From: Vicugna vicugna
Lineage: Eukaryota
Length of the DNA: 64,000 bases
Direction: 5' to 3'
Assembly (NCBI GenBank): GCA_013265495.1
Contig: MU058667.1
Coordinates: 1 to 64,000, forward strand
Made by a program: the position numbers and the translations under genes. Below are positions 49,700 through 62,870 of this stretch, one piece after another. Position 1 is the first letter of the stretch, and each line of letters begins with the position of its first letter. Below the pieces are notes generated by a model that saw only the letters and a program-made list of their open reading frames with translations, had not been told where the DNA came from and searched no databases.

Positions 49700-49857
49700 G
49701 GTGGGGAGAGTATAGCTCAGAAGTCGAGTGTGTGCTTAGCATGCATGAGGTCCTGGGTTCAACCCCCAGTACTTCCACTAAAAATATATAAATAAATAAA
49801 CCTAATTACTCCCCAAAAGATTTTTTTTAATTAACAATTTTTAAAACTTAAAAAAAA
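49700..49857 (+). mobile_element. tRNA-Ala-derived camelid SINE (Vic-1-like)
   Basis: GTATAGCTCAG...TGCTTAGCATGCATGAGGTCCTGGGTTCAACCCCCAGTAC, A-rich tail; TSD AGAAGAGAAATG (49688-49699) / AGAAGAGACATG (49858-49869). Confidence 0.93.
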
Positions 49858-51229
49858 AGAAGAGACATGCACATTCAACTAAAAAATTCCCCCCAAATTC
49901 AACTATTTTGAATTTGTCTCCAGGAATACCTTCTATACAACCCACGGAATAGAAACGATCACTAAAATGCATGATTACTGAGACACAAATGGAGAGATGG
50001 AACAGTAATTAACATCACTTGAGCTCAGACTGCCCCTGTATGATCTGCAGAAAATGCACGACAGGGCAAGGTTTCGTGGAACAATATTTCATCAGGAGAT
50101 AATGACAGTATCTCATTAGACTAAAGGGAGATGACAGATGATGGAAGACCACTTTTCAAGACAGCTCTTCCCTGATTATAATAATACCTCGTGTGGCTCC
50201 AAATGACAGAGAAGTAACTCCGTACTCTATCTAAATAACACCAAAACACTGTGTCAATTCAGGGTTTTAAAAAATTGGTCAAAAATTGTTTGACCCCATA
50301 GAGAGATCCAGCCATAAATTTGCCTATGTAGGATTTATTCTAGTGTTTTACTGGTAAAAAATAAAACATACTTAACTATAAATAAAGTGTCTACATGAAA
50401 AATATTTATATTTTTAACTTTGCTTCTTGAAGGTCATTTCTCAAGTATTTAGAATGAGCTAAATTTTTTTCAATAAAAAATGCTTTCTATAAGTACCCCC
50501 TTTTAGCATTCTAAATCTCTCTCTCGTTCTATTTTGTCCAGAAACACTGACTTTCACTTTTTTGAAATTCCCACCTTGAGTATTAGATTACACATCGAAT
50601 TGTGTATTTTCCTCTTGTGTGACTCACTGATTAGAGTGAGTGTAAGGATTTTTTTTCAGGCTGTGTCCCCAGTATCAAGGATAACCCCTAGCACATAACT
50701 GGTGCTCAGTGAATAATCATTGAATAATGAATTCTTCTATCTATGCTCTCCTATATTTTCTAAGTGTCATATGCATTACTTTTGTGTTAAGAAATAAAAA
50801 TAGTACATTATTTTAGAAGTAACAGGATCCAGAAGTGACCGATGGATCATTATATGATGAATTATGAAGTTGCTTTCTCCCTTCTTGGATTCCTCCCTCC
50901 CCAGTTCATAGCTGCTAGGGTAGCCCGAATGCTTTCCTCTGATTCTTCTAACTAGTAAGCTCGGGTGCTTCTATCTGAGTTTTAGCTACCCTGCTTAGTA
51001 CTGACTGGGGTTTTCCTTCACAAAAATCCATTTAAAAAAAATGTGAAATCAACACACGACATTTCATTCTTCCAAGCACTGACTCTTGTCCACCATGTCT
51101 GCTTTTGTTTCCTCTCTAAGCACCTTCTGGTGATTGGCTTTTTAATTCTCTTCTATAGTTTGTAGTTGTTATTCATGGAGAGGTTGGTCTTACAGAAGCC
51201 ACTCTGCCATTATGAGAAGTGGAACCTTA

Positions 51230-53860
51230 GACTTGCATGTTTTAGGAAGTACTCTACAGGAGGGCTGGGGATGCGCTGCAAATGAGACTCCTGGGGATGA
51301 GACTAGGAAGAGAGATACCAGTCAGGATATTGTGGTAGAACGCACAGGGAAAGGGCGATGAGAGGTCACAGCAGCAGCAAGGAAGTGAAAAAGAAAGATC
51401 GTATTTGAGAATTCCAGACTCTGAAATCCCAACTTTTCAGGAAAATGGCCAGCACTTGCATCTGGTCTAAAATGTCAAGAGTTTCTGGTTAGAGGTGCAG
51501 GTTGTGGTGTAAGTTGGTGTGATGACCTTGGATGCTATTTTCCCAGGACAGAGTGGGAAGAAGGAGAAGTTGAGCCCTGGGTAATATGCAGAGTGACAGG
51601 GCAGCAAGGTGGCTAAGCAGAGTAGGTGACGTATGAGATCAGGAAAGTGGCAGCAGTGATGCTGAGAGTTACAAAAAGAATGTTGTTGGTTAATAACATC
51701 AAGTGCCTCAACTTGATCCAGGAAGCTGAGGTCCAGAAAGCTCCCATTGGATTTGGTAGTGTAGAAGTCACCGGGGACCTCTGTGGGCACAGTTTCCGTG
51801 GAGGTTGGAGAAGTCAAATGGAAGAGGGTCAGAAAGTGAGGAAGCGTAGACGGTTCTGCATTTATACGTGCCTTCGGAGCATTTCACTTGTTTTCCCACA
51901 CAAATTTCATAATTGTGCACCACATAAATTTTTTAAAGTGTTACTGTATTAAGCCATATTTGGTTCCCATTTTTACGTGAATATCCTTGAAAAACAGTGC
52001 CATCTGGTTATGCTCTCGAAAGCATTTAGAAGAAAACAAATGGCAAAAAGATTTCAATGCTAGCAGACACTTTCAATAGTACCTATCAACAAGTTCCCCC
52101 TCAAAAGGTTTCGTAACTCCACCTCCACTAAAGTGGAACTATCTCTGTTAATTCACACCTCCTGCTGGCTGGGATCACAGGCTGCCAATTGCTAGCTGTA
52201 TGGCTCTAGTCTTCCTGAGCCTCAGTGTTCTGGCAGAGGCAGTAGTGATGAGACCAGTGAGAGCAGCTAAGCATTTATATAAAATGCTTACTAGTCACCA
52301 GGTACTATTCTAAGTTCCTCACATATAATAAATAATTTAATTCTTTTGACATCTCAGCTGAGTACTATTACTATCCCCGCTTAAGATGAGAAAACTGAGG
52401 TACAGAGAGGTTAAGATACTTGCCTAAGCTCATAGAGCTAATAAGTGACAGTGCCAGGATTTGAACACATACAAGGACCTCATTCAATGGCAGCTGGCAA
52501 CGGGTACTGTTACTATTACAATTTATTCACTCACTCAACAAGTATTTATTGAGCACATATTCTAAAGCAGGCATTGTACAAGGACCTGAGTAAACAGTGG
52601 AGAATAAAATCCTGGTCTTTGCTGTAAAAGATTCTGATCTAATCAGGGAGACAGGCAACTCAAGGGTGAACAAAAACATAAATAAATAAGTAATAGCAAC
52701 TTACTGTAGTATTATAGAGAAAACAAACAAGATGTAGTATAAAGAATAATGGGGAATTGCTTAACCCTGGGTGGTTAGGAAGAGCTCTTCAAGAAGGTAG
52801 ACATGAAAATCAACATCTATCTGACAAAAAGGCTCTAGCCATGGGGAGCATTAGGGGAAGAGTGTGCCAGGCAGAAGAAGCTGCACTGTGAGTGTTCCAA
52901 ACATCTAAGACCTAGGGGACCATTTGGACAAAAGGTTCTGTTTTACTCAAAATATAACGCAGACTCCTTGAAAGTAGGGAATTAGCATGATTCATACAGG
53001 AAATGATGCCTCTAGTTTTAAAAATTCACTCTGGCTGTGATGTGGAGAATATATTGTGGAAGGGGCAGGAGTTGGAGAGAGATCAATCTGGCAGCTGTTG
53101 AAGTAGTTCAAAGGAGAGAGGATGGCATCTTGGGTCGGAACGGGGGCTAGGTGGATGGGGAGCCCCAGAGACGAAAGCAAGAGGCATTCAGCTGTAGGCT
53201 GAAGTTGCACCAGTGGGATGTTGGTAGAATCTTCGAAGTAACTGATGGCCACAGAGATGGCTAGAGTAAGTAAGAGGTGAGGCAAGATGACTTGAAGAGC
53301 TACAAGAGAAATGTCCAGTACAGCTTCTTTTTTATCTCAAAGAAAATATGTATTTAGAACTTCTCTAGCATACATCCTTTCACTCTCACTCCCCACCCTT
53401 ACTGGAGGTCAGGAACAGGAGTTCTTACCCAGCAAGCGGGCTGAGATTGCTACGGTGAGCTTAGACCAATGTTGCTTCAACCCCTGGTCTGTTCAAGTAC
53501 ATTGTCCCTGATCAAATCCAAGGTCCTGTGAAGTGAGGAGGAGGCTGGGGATGGTTACTGGGTAGATGGCCAACAATACCCTCCAGAGAGGAAAGTTTGA
53601 GAGGAAAACATCAAGATTTCTGATATGGATACAGTAAGTTTCAAAACATCTGAGGAACTGTCAATTAGACCACTGGACATACAAGTCTGGAATTAAAACA
53701 GAGGTTTGAGCCTGATGTATCTTTTTTTTTTTTAAGTTTCGTATTCTGCTTAAAATGTGCTGAGTTGCTGAGAGCACCTCAGATCTTGGAAATCGGTGAG
53801 AATATAAATGGGAACCTGAATGAGGCACAAATAACCATGAGGTCTTTAGTGAATATCAGG
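51230..53860 (-). mobile_element. Cluster of fragmented L2 elements with an inserted MIR (~52265-52470)
   Basis: Minus-strand translation TEVPGDFYTTKSNGSFLDLSFLDQVEALDVIN (~51690-51790) resembles L2 RT KVTNDL..AKSNG.FSVLILLDLSAAFDTVDH; L2 3' tail TCACTCACTCAACAAGTATTTATTGAGCAC at ~52527. Confidence 0.8.
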
Positions 53861-54271
53861 ATTCAGTTTTACAGTGTGAGACGTGATGAACCTTGCAGCC
53901 TGCCTGTCTGAGAACAGCTGAGAACGAGCAGGGCAAGAACACATGGCACAGCAGTTGGAGACCATCAATCGCCTCAGCCCAGCTGCCTGGGAGCTTTCAA
54001 ATGCAGAGTGTTTATTGGAAAGGCTTCAGTCTTCCTAAGGAACCAGGATATCCTTGGGGACATGAAAGGAGGGAGACCAGGATTAAAATTTTGGAGGCTG
54101 AAAGTACAAGAACACTCTTCCATCATAGCAATAACACTCTGTGAAGACAGAAGATTCAATGTGGCGTAGACAGAGAGCCAAGCACACCTAGGGTGTGACA
54201 ATGGGTCAGATTGGCTCCGAGTTAGAGGGACCTGGATTCAAAACCTGGCTCTGATCATGGGACAGTTTCTT

Positions 54272-54928
54272 TCTTTTTTGGGGAGGGATGGGGATGTACT
54301 CTTATTTATTTATTTAATTGAAGTATAGTCAGTTACAATATATCAATTTCTGGTGTGCAGCATAATGTCCCAGTCATACATACACATATATATATTCTTT
54401 TTCATATTCTTTTCCATTAAAGGTTATTACAAGGTATTAAATACCGTTCCCTATGCTATGCAGAAGAAATTTGGGTTTTTATCTATTTTTATATATAGTA
54501 GTTAATATTTGCAAATCTCGAACTCCCAAATTTACCCCTTCCTACCTCCTCCATGCCTCCCTGTAACCATAAGATTGTTCACTGTGTCTACAAGTCTGTT
54601 TCTGTTTTGTAGATGAGTTCATTAGTGTCTTCTTTTTTCTATTTTTAGATTCCACATGTAAGTGATATCATACAGCATTTTTCTCTTTCTGGCTTACTTC
54701 ACTTAGAACGACAATCTCCAGGTCCATCCATGTTGCTGTAAGTGGCATTATTTTATTCTTTTTATGGCTGAGTAGTATTCTACTGTATAAATATAGCACA
54801 ACTTCTTTATCCAATCATGTTGATGGACATTTAGCTCGTTTCCATGTCTTGGCTATTGCATACAGTGTTGCTATGAACATTGGGGTCCATGGATCTTTTC
54901 GAATTAGAGTTGCCTCTAGATATATGCT
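54272..54928 (-). mobile_element. Camelid-type L1 3' end inserted into a MIR
   Basis: TTAATTGAAGTATAGTCAGTTACAAT...TTTATGGCTGAGTAGTATTC; 14-bp TSD TGGGACAGTTTCTT (54258) / TGGTACAGTTTCTT (54929). Confidence 0.93.
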
Positions 54929-57900
54929 TGGTACAGTTTCTTATCCTCTTTGAATCCCAGTTCCTTCATTTCTAAAATACTATAATGCTTACTCTGAAGC
55001 TTAAGATGAGGAAATAAGATAATGGAAGAGAAGAGATCAGTCGTGTCTCTTAATAAGGCAAGAATCTGCTTAGAGTTGTAATAATGTAGCAACCAAAATT
55101 GGAGGGGAAATTTGAATGCCCCAAAATAGATTAACCAACTAAATCACAAAGCAACTGCATAGCAGAATGTTATATATCAGTTACAATTATGTGTTAAAGA
55201 ATATAACTAACGGGGGTCTATTTACCATATAAAGTTATGTAAATAGAGCAAGATGTAAAATACACATAAATACTATTTTTAAAAGTCTACATATCAAAAT
55301 GCTAAAAGTGGTTGTTTGGACTGACATATTATAGATTTTGGTTTTGTTTTGATCAAAAAAGCACCCAGATTTTTGTCATTTTCTGAGTTTCCTGTGAGGA
55401 TGAATTGCTTTTCTAGAGCACGGGAATTTAATTGGAGATGCTAAACGGTGGATGTTTTAATGTCACTGTGGTTGTTACCCTTATTAGTATATTGTTCTAA
55501 TTTGCTGTTCCTCAAATCCACCTCTGGCATAGCCCCTGGGAAAGTGGCAACAATCCAGTGGAACCCAAACATGTGTACCTAGAGGAATTAAAGGAGTTTT
55601 CTTCGTTGAATTTGGGTGGTTTCGACCGGCTGGGTGTGCCTCATCCTGACAGGAAGTGTGTCTCACCAGAAAAGAATTTTATTCTTTGCAGCAAAAAAGT
55701 TGGTTAGGGGAGAGAGAAAAAAATACCTCATGAGTATTTCTCACGGATTCTGCTTGGTCGTGTCGGACCAGCTCTCCTGGCAGCTCGCTCCCCTCGGAGA
55801 GGAGACCCCTCCTCTCAGGGACTACCCTGCTGCATCTGGGCAGGGCTGGGCTGTGGGGGTCTCCCAACGCACTAAGAGGTCAGCTTCCTTGGACCCCAGG
55901 ACTCTAAACCTGGCTTTGTCCCCTGAAAGAGTCACCATCGCTCTCGGAGCCTCAGTTTCTCAACTGTAAAAGCTTCTCTATCTGCCAAGCCTTTCCCTCT
56001 GGAAAGTGAGCCTCTATCGGGGCTGGGACCGTGCTTCATTCCTTCTGTATCCATCAGCCTCACCCAGTGCCTAGGGTCAATTAGTATCTGCTGACTAAGT
56101 GACAAAGTTGATTAAGTGGCTTCTTAAATGGCCCACCCAGGCATGGCAATTAAATTTGTGAATATGGTCCTCCAGGGTGTATTTATACATAATGTTTTAT
56201 TTCAAGGGGGAAAAATCTGAAATAAATGTGGGAAAATGTGAAGATAAATCTGCAGAGTGGTACATGAACGGACCCACATAATACCCATACCAATCTCTCA
56301 TATTCTTGGTTTCCTCACATCTGCAAAATAGAATCTACCTTATTGAGTTATTCTGTGCCTTGAATGAAATGTTTTGCAAAGTGCTTAGAACATTTATGCA
56401 CTCATTAAATGTTCATTTCCTTTCAGCAGGAGGAATGACAGGTAGCTCTCATTAGTTGGTCTTTTAATTTGAATGCTAACATTGGACTATTTGATTTGAA
56501 GGACTTGACCCCAGACATCCCAGCTGCCACCCCATAGTGGCTGTATCTAACAGTGACACAGAATTTTCAATGGAGAACAAATGACTCCCATTAGGAAAGA
56601 CCATAACATTGATCTCAGCCCATATCCAGCCAGTGCTGGAAGCCTTCTATGGTAATGTAGGAAAGTGTAATTTACTGCCCATTCATTTAAAGAACATCCA
56701 CCGTGTGAGGGGCGTTGTGCCAGACACTGAAAATTCAGGGAGGAGAAGACACAATCCCTGACCACAAAGAACTCGCTATCCAGTAGAAAAGACAGAGGCA
56801 GAAACAAATCATCGCAATATAATGCAGTGAATGCTAGATTCCTAGCCCAGGGGAGGAAGTGAATTGTCCACCCACACTTAACAATGAGACGTACCTGTTT
56901 CATTTATGTATGAGGCCACAGCTCTCCTGTATTTCTGAATTTAGAAGAGACTGTGGAAAATAAAAAGGCATCACCTTCACAAAGGATAATCTCATTCATG
57001 CAGGAAATAAAACGAAACTAAAAGTGTGGGTGGGATACATAGAAATGAATACAAATGCAGAGGCCACGTTCAGGAAGGGAACACGCCCTGGCCAACCTGT
57101 TTATTGGAGGCAAGAGAAGGCGATGGGTGGTGAGAAGGATGTTCTCTTGTCACCTGTGAGTTTCTGTATTGTTTGAAGGTTTTAAGTTTCGAGGCGGAGT
57201 CCTATATTGCTTAGGCTATAATTGCATTATTAAATATGCACAGGAAATGGAAGGGAAGGAAGCAGTCTTCCCCGAGACGTCCACATGGTTTGCTCCCTCA
57301 ACTGCTTCAGGTCCTAGTTCAAATGTCACTTTCAGAAAACCCTGCTTTAAGTCGCCACCTCACCGCCGGTAACCCCCATCCCCATCTTTCATTTCTTTGT
57401 CTCCATAACGCTTAGCAAGGTCTGACCTTCTAAGTATTTTACTTCCTTTTTAAACCTGATTGTCTGCCTCCTCGACTATAACGAAGCTCTGGCAGAGCCG
57501 GGATCCATGTGTGTTGGTTCACGGCCCTAAACCCATTCCTTGGGCACAGGCAGGCACCCCACGGCTCGACTGCCTGACTCAGGCAGCAATATGTTAACGG
57601 CGATGATTTCTGAATGGAGGGATTACAGATCCTTTTTATTTTCTTCTTTCTGCTACTTGGTATTTGAATTTCTGTATTGAGCTCATATTAATTTTATTAC
57701 CTTCATTAAAAAAAATAAAGTTGCCTGGGAGGCAATAAAGGAGACTCCAGCAGAAACCACAAGGGGAGCAGGAAGGGCCAGCGGGAGTCAGGCCAGTGCG
57801 CACAGGGAGCTCTCATGAGACACCTGGCGGGTGAGGACAAAGTCCTTCCCCCACAACTCCTCTGCTACCTCGTTCTTTTCAGACACCGGGATAAACGCCT

Positions 57901-59399
57901 GGTCTCGAGGTCACCAGCTCACAAAGGAGCGTCTGCCCTGTAGCTCCCTGTTCCCTGAACAGCAGAGCCCAGAAACTTTGCCTCGTTCTTCTGTCCGGCA
58001 AATGTTTTTATCTGGTTTCTACTTAGGTTTCAGCCAATTCTTTGCTGAAGCAACTTGGCTTCTTGTTTTCCTTGGGAACCAGACCCTTTTTAAGTTGCAG
58101 CCATAAAAAGGATGAAATCCATTACCTGATACTTTTCTATTCAGCTATTCAAGCCATGTCACAGATGGAGGCCCTGCGTGCCACACTCTCATTGTGGGCG
58201 ATGGCATCTAAGCTGAACACTTTGAATAAGGCGCATGGGAAAGTGGATGCTCGGGGTTTGTTTTTTCCTCCATTTTTTCTCTGTTTTATTTCCAATCTAG
58301 AGCCATTGTCTTGAGTGAATGATTGTAGAAACAGCATGCTCCTCATCTCCAAGTTCCGCCCTAGGGGCGGTGGGGCCCAAAAGGTCGTTGTGTTGGTCCG
58401 AAAGTTAAGGGACTCGAATTCTTATAATTGCTCAGCACTGACTTGCTACGTGAGCTTAGCTAAACTTTGTTACCTTTCTCAGCCTCAGTTTCTTCATCTG
58501 CAAAATCAAGTGTTTTTGAAATGTGTTTAACGTCCCTGCCCAAATCAGGTTTTGTTTAACTGAGGATCAACAGTGACACCTTGTGGTTCCCCTTGGTCTG
58601 GATTGGGTTTTTCTAGCCCCCAAGCCTAAGGCATTCATCCCTCCCCGGCCCCCCCACCCCCCGGTGAAGGCCTGTGCTTCTGTGCTGGGGTTTGAGGCCT
58701 ACTGTGAATGTGAGGGTTTCACCCCCAGGTGTCCTGGGGGGCTGGCAGAGCAGCTCTAGAGAGGGACCTGGGAACAGCCCACAGAGTAGAAGCTGGAGAT
58801 TTAATGGTTTTCCAAGACTCCTTCTAATTTGTAAAATCACCGAACTCCAAATTGCTCTTTGCCTCTGTTTTCCTACTCATAAAGTTGCCACTCAAACCGC
58901 CTTCAGACTCACAGTTTATTCATTTGTTTACTTACTCACTCATGAACTACTTAATGAGCATCTTCCTGGTGCCAGGTTCTGAGCACCTCCCTGTACTCAC
59001 GATACAAAGTTGAGAAGACACAGTCCCTGTTTTTGTCCAAGGATAAGGGAGACAGGAAGACGTCCTGTTACCACGCAGTGAGCTAAGCCTTAGGGCAGAC
59101 CATGTGTACACAGAATGGCATGGGAACCGAGGACAGGCGTCTAACTGGCCCTGGAAAGAACGTTTGACAGAGGATGGGACACTTAAATCTGGAGCCTACA
59201 GAACCGGTAGAAATTTGCCAGAAGATGAAGTCCAGAAAGAAGGAACAGGGTGAAAACGGACAGACTTTATCTGAAAATCAAAACCAGAACTTTCTTGACC
59301 CAATCACTTCCCCTTCCACACTATTTATCACACTATTTCTCAGCTTCTTACTTTGGCCAGACTTTTCCAAAAGAGCAAACTTCATACTCTGTCCTCACA

Positions 59400-60040
59400 T
59401 CCCCATTTCCTAGTCAACCTTCATGCTACCCCTCGACGAGTAACCAGTGTCTCCGTGACACTGCAGCCAAATGACCCTTTTATCGCTGCTGTTGTCACCA
59501 TCTTACATCCGTCCCGGCAGCACGTGCCACAGTGAGGCAGTCTTTCCTTCCCGAAGCACTTTCTCTCTAGGCTTCCTGAGACCCGCTTTCCTAGCTGTGC
59601 TCCAAGTTCACGGTCTGCTTGCCCAGGCTCCCTCATCAGCTCCTCCTCTTCCACCCAACACGAAATGTCAGTGTTTCTTGGTGCTCAGTCCTAGACCTTC
59701 TATTCTTTTTTCTATCTAGGGAATCTCATTTATTCCCATGGTTTTAAATACCATGTACCAGCTCCTAGATTTGTAAATCCAAACCTGACCTCTGAAATCT
59801 AGGCTTTTCAACCAGCAGGGTTTCGGCTTAAATGCTACCTGAGGGCTGAGTGGCCTCCCCTGGCATTTATCTTCTTTATGTCTGCCTCCAGCTAGACTGA
59901 GAGCCCCCTCCCGCCCCTGCCCCTCGCCCCCGACTCCATATGTGCAGATTCATCTTTGCTTCCTTCACATTTGTATGTTTAATGATTAGCACCATGCCTA
60001 GTGGAAACTCAGAAAGTGTTCATGCACTGAATGAAATATA
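59400..60040 (+). mobile_element. L2 fragment
   Basis: TATTCCCATGGTTTTAAATACCATGTAC (the SHGFKYH RT motif) and a 3' tail GCACTGAATGAA. Confidence 0.75.
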
Positions 60041-60919
60041 AGTAAACGAATTATTCCAAAGGACAGAATGAAACTTGTGGTTTTGATTAAAAAAAAATCC
60101 TTTTAGTCAAACCAGTTCAAGTTTAGCCAAGGAAGCCTCACAGGGTGTCATGTGCTCTATGCTTCAGGGTGAGATTTAATTTTGAATTGTTTCTTGATGC
60201 AAATTATCACCCTTTTCTAGGAACAAATTTCCTCCCCCGTACACACACTGTCTACCCTCCTCTAGTGGGTGATTTCCCCATGAAATCACACTGATGGTCT
60301 TGATCAGAACATTTCATTTTCCTTGATTGTTCCGGGGTCACAGAGTTCTTCATCCATGGCCCTTAGGGTAGTCGATACTCTTTCAAGAAATACTGGAGCT
60401 GCAGCAGCCCCCGTTCCAGCTTGATGGGTATATGTTCTGGGGCTTTTTACCAGCTCATCCAGTTCCCAAGTGAGCAGGAGCTGGAAGAAGGGTGTGCAGG
60501 CTATGGAAAATCAAAAGCTGCTCCTGGCCTGGCTCCTCAGCAACCTAGCAAAGGGAAACTCTGGGCAACATGCTCGACTTAGAGAAACCACATAAACCCT
60601 CCTTGAGGTGAACTTGAGGCTGAGATCCATTTCAACTTGAGTTCTCCGAGGCACAGAGTGCTCTCAGCGGCCAAGGAACCAAGAAACAGAGTATCTTCAT
60701 CTTTTCCTTTGCAGCAAGAGCCTTTAGGAAGGGGGAACTTTTGTCACCTGCAATGGAAATTTGTTATTAAAATAAGCCTCCAGTCATTTGTACAGGAAGC
60801 TTTAGGAATGTTTCTAAACAGGCCAAAATAGTAATGGCCAAGGAAAAACATCTTCTTGCTCATATCTCCACAGGGAACACTGACAAAGTTACACACGTCT
60901 GCTTTCTGAGATAGGGTCA

Positions 60920-61110
60920 CAGCTCCACTTCTCGTAAGCTGTATGACCCTTGGACAAATTACTCAGCCTCTCTGAGCCTTACTTTCCCCTTCTTTAAAAT
61001 GGGCAGAATAATGTCCCCACACAGTCACTCTCAGGAGTAAATAAGGTAACGCCTGTTGAGTGGAGAACACGGTGCCTAGAACATAATAGCAGCTCAGTAC
61101 AAATATTTCA
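60920..61110 (+). mobile_element. MIR SINE
   Basis: TGACCCTTGGACAAATTACTCAGCCTCTCTGAGCCT core. Confidence 0.8.
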
Positions 61111-61369
61111 CTACCTTTTGATCCCTGAGCAGAGGAAGATGCCCTCGAGATATAGACATAGTACCCAGAGAATTTTCTCCTTGACTTGCTCAACCAAACA
61201 CGCAGATGCATAATCCAGCAGCCTAGATGAGGAGGGACTCCCAGGCTTGGGTTATAGTTTGTGGTTTCCAAGGCTGCCTACCTGGCCCCCTGCTGTGTAT
61301 CCTGCATCAATAGAGTGCCTGGCAGACAACAGGGGCACAAAGTGTTTGCTGACTGATATTGACCTAGAG

Positions 61370-61667
61370 CTGTGTTGTCCAACATAGCAGCCATTAGCCA
61401 CATGTAACTATTATGCACCTGGAATGCGGCTGGTCCCAGTTAATTGTGCTGTAAGTGTAAAATACACACCAGATCATGAAGACTGAGTACAAAAAATGCA
61501 AAATATTTTCTTAATAATGTTTACGTTGATTACATGAAATAATCTGTTGCATATATTGGGTTAAATAAAATATGCTATTAACTTCACCTATTCTACTTTT
61601 TAAGTGTGATTACTAAAACTTTAAAAATTACACATACGGCTTATATATTGTATTTCTACTGAACCAG
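61370..61667. mobile_element. MER33-like hAT-Charlie MITE
   Basis: CTGTGTTGTCCAACATAGCAGCCATTAGCCACATG...GTGCTGTAAGTGTAAAATACACACCAGAT; CTAGAG flanks on both sides fit the Charlie target preference. Confidence 0.88.
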
Positions 61668-62689
61668 ACTAGAGCTGAACTACACTACAGACCACCGACT
61701 AGCTGAAAGATCAATGAGTATGTCCCAGACTTCTCTCTCCAGGCCCCCCTACCCCTTGTAAAAGACGTGCCAGCTCTCTCAGGTACTTTCCAGTTTCAGC
61801 ATTCTATGCTTTTACAAACTTCAGGCTTCAGTTTCTTAAGTATGAATACTTATTAAATTGCTACTGTGGGTCAAACAATTTTAGGTACACTGACGTTTAA
61901 TCTGTATACTACATGTAAGAGGGAAGAATGATTGTCCTCATTTTATAAGCGAAAAAAAGAAAAACTGCACAGGCTAAAAGATGTGGCTAAAGTCATCTGG
62001 CTTGGGAGTGGCAGAGCTCAGCTAGAATCTTAGCCCCTCTTCTCTGGTTCTTTGTGAGAATTTTCAACAGCAAATGTGATTCAGGACTTGACGTAGGTGC
62101 TTTGGCTCAGTTGTCCCCTAAGATGCATCTCCTTGTTAAGAAGAATCATATATCAACAGAATCATTGTGAAAATGCATGCAAGGGGCTCCTTGAAGACAG
62201 AGAGGTCTGGTAGATAATTGACACCCAGCAGTAAAGCGTTGGAGGCTTCTGAGGAGAAAAGATCAAGAGCTGCTGGAGGTTAATTGTTCACCAGCTTCAG
62301 AAGATACGGCTGGGAGGGTAGCCGGGGATGAAACATTGACCAGCTCTGATTTAGATGCAGGAATGTGTGAGGGAGGCACGGAAAGGTCAAGGGGGAGCAG
62401 TCGGCACCTGAGACAGCTCCCACTGACAAAATTCCTCTCTCGGAGACCGGACAGGAAAAGGGAATGTGCTCAGAAGGGGAGAAAAGGGCCTCTGGCCTCA
62501 AAGGGCACTTATTTTTCCAGCTCCTACAGCCATTCCCAGGGGCTGCTGGGGGGAAAAAAAAAAAAGGCGAGGTCATGTTTGCTTTTCAAGCCCTCAAAAC
62601 TGACTAAATTTTGGAGAGCTGGGACCAGGCAGGGAGGGGTAGGAAAAACAAAGATGCATAATTAAGATACTGTCCTTGCCTTGGAGCCA

Positions 62690-62870
62690 AACTAGAAAGT
62701 TCAAAGACTGGGCTAGAAGGCTCTTAGACTCGGGTTCAAGTGTTCGCTCCACCTAGCTGGGTAATCCTAGGCAATCTGGTTACTCTCTGAGTCTCAGTTT
62801 ACTCAGCTGGAAAAGAAGAGTAATTAAACCTACTTCCAAGTATCATTACAGTGATTACATGACAATGAGG
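62690..62870 (+). mobile_element. MIR SINE
   Basis: GGGTTCAAG...CTCTGAGTCTCAGTTTACTCAGCTGGAAAA core. Confidence 0.7.

Noticed and set aside
7610..57581. Enrichment of AP-1 (TGASTCA) sites across the window
   Set aside because: About ten seen by eye versus roughly eight expected by chance in 64 kb; not enriched.
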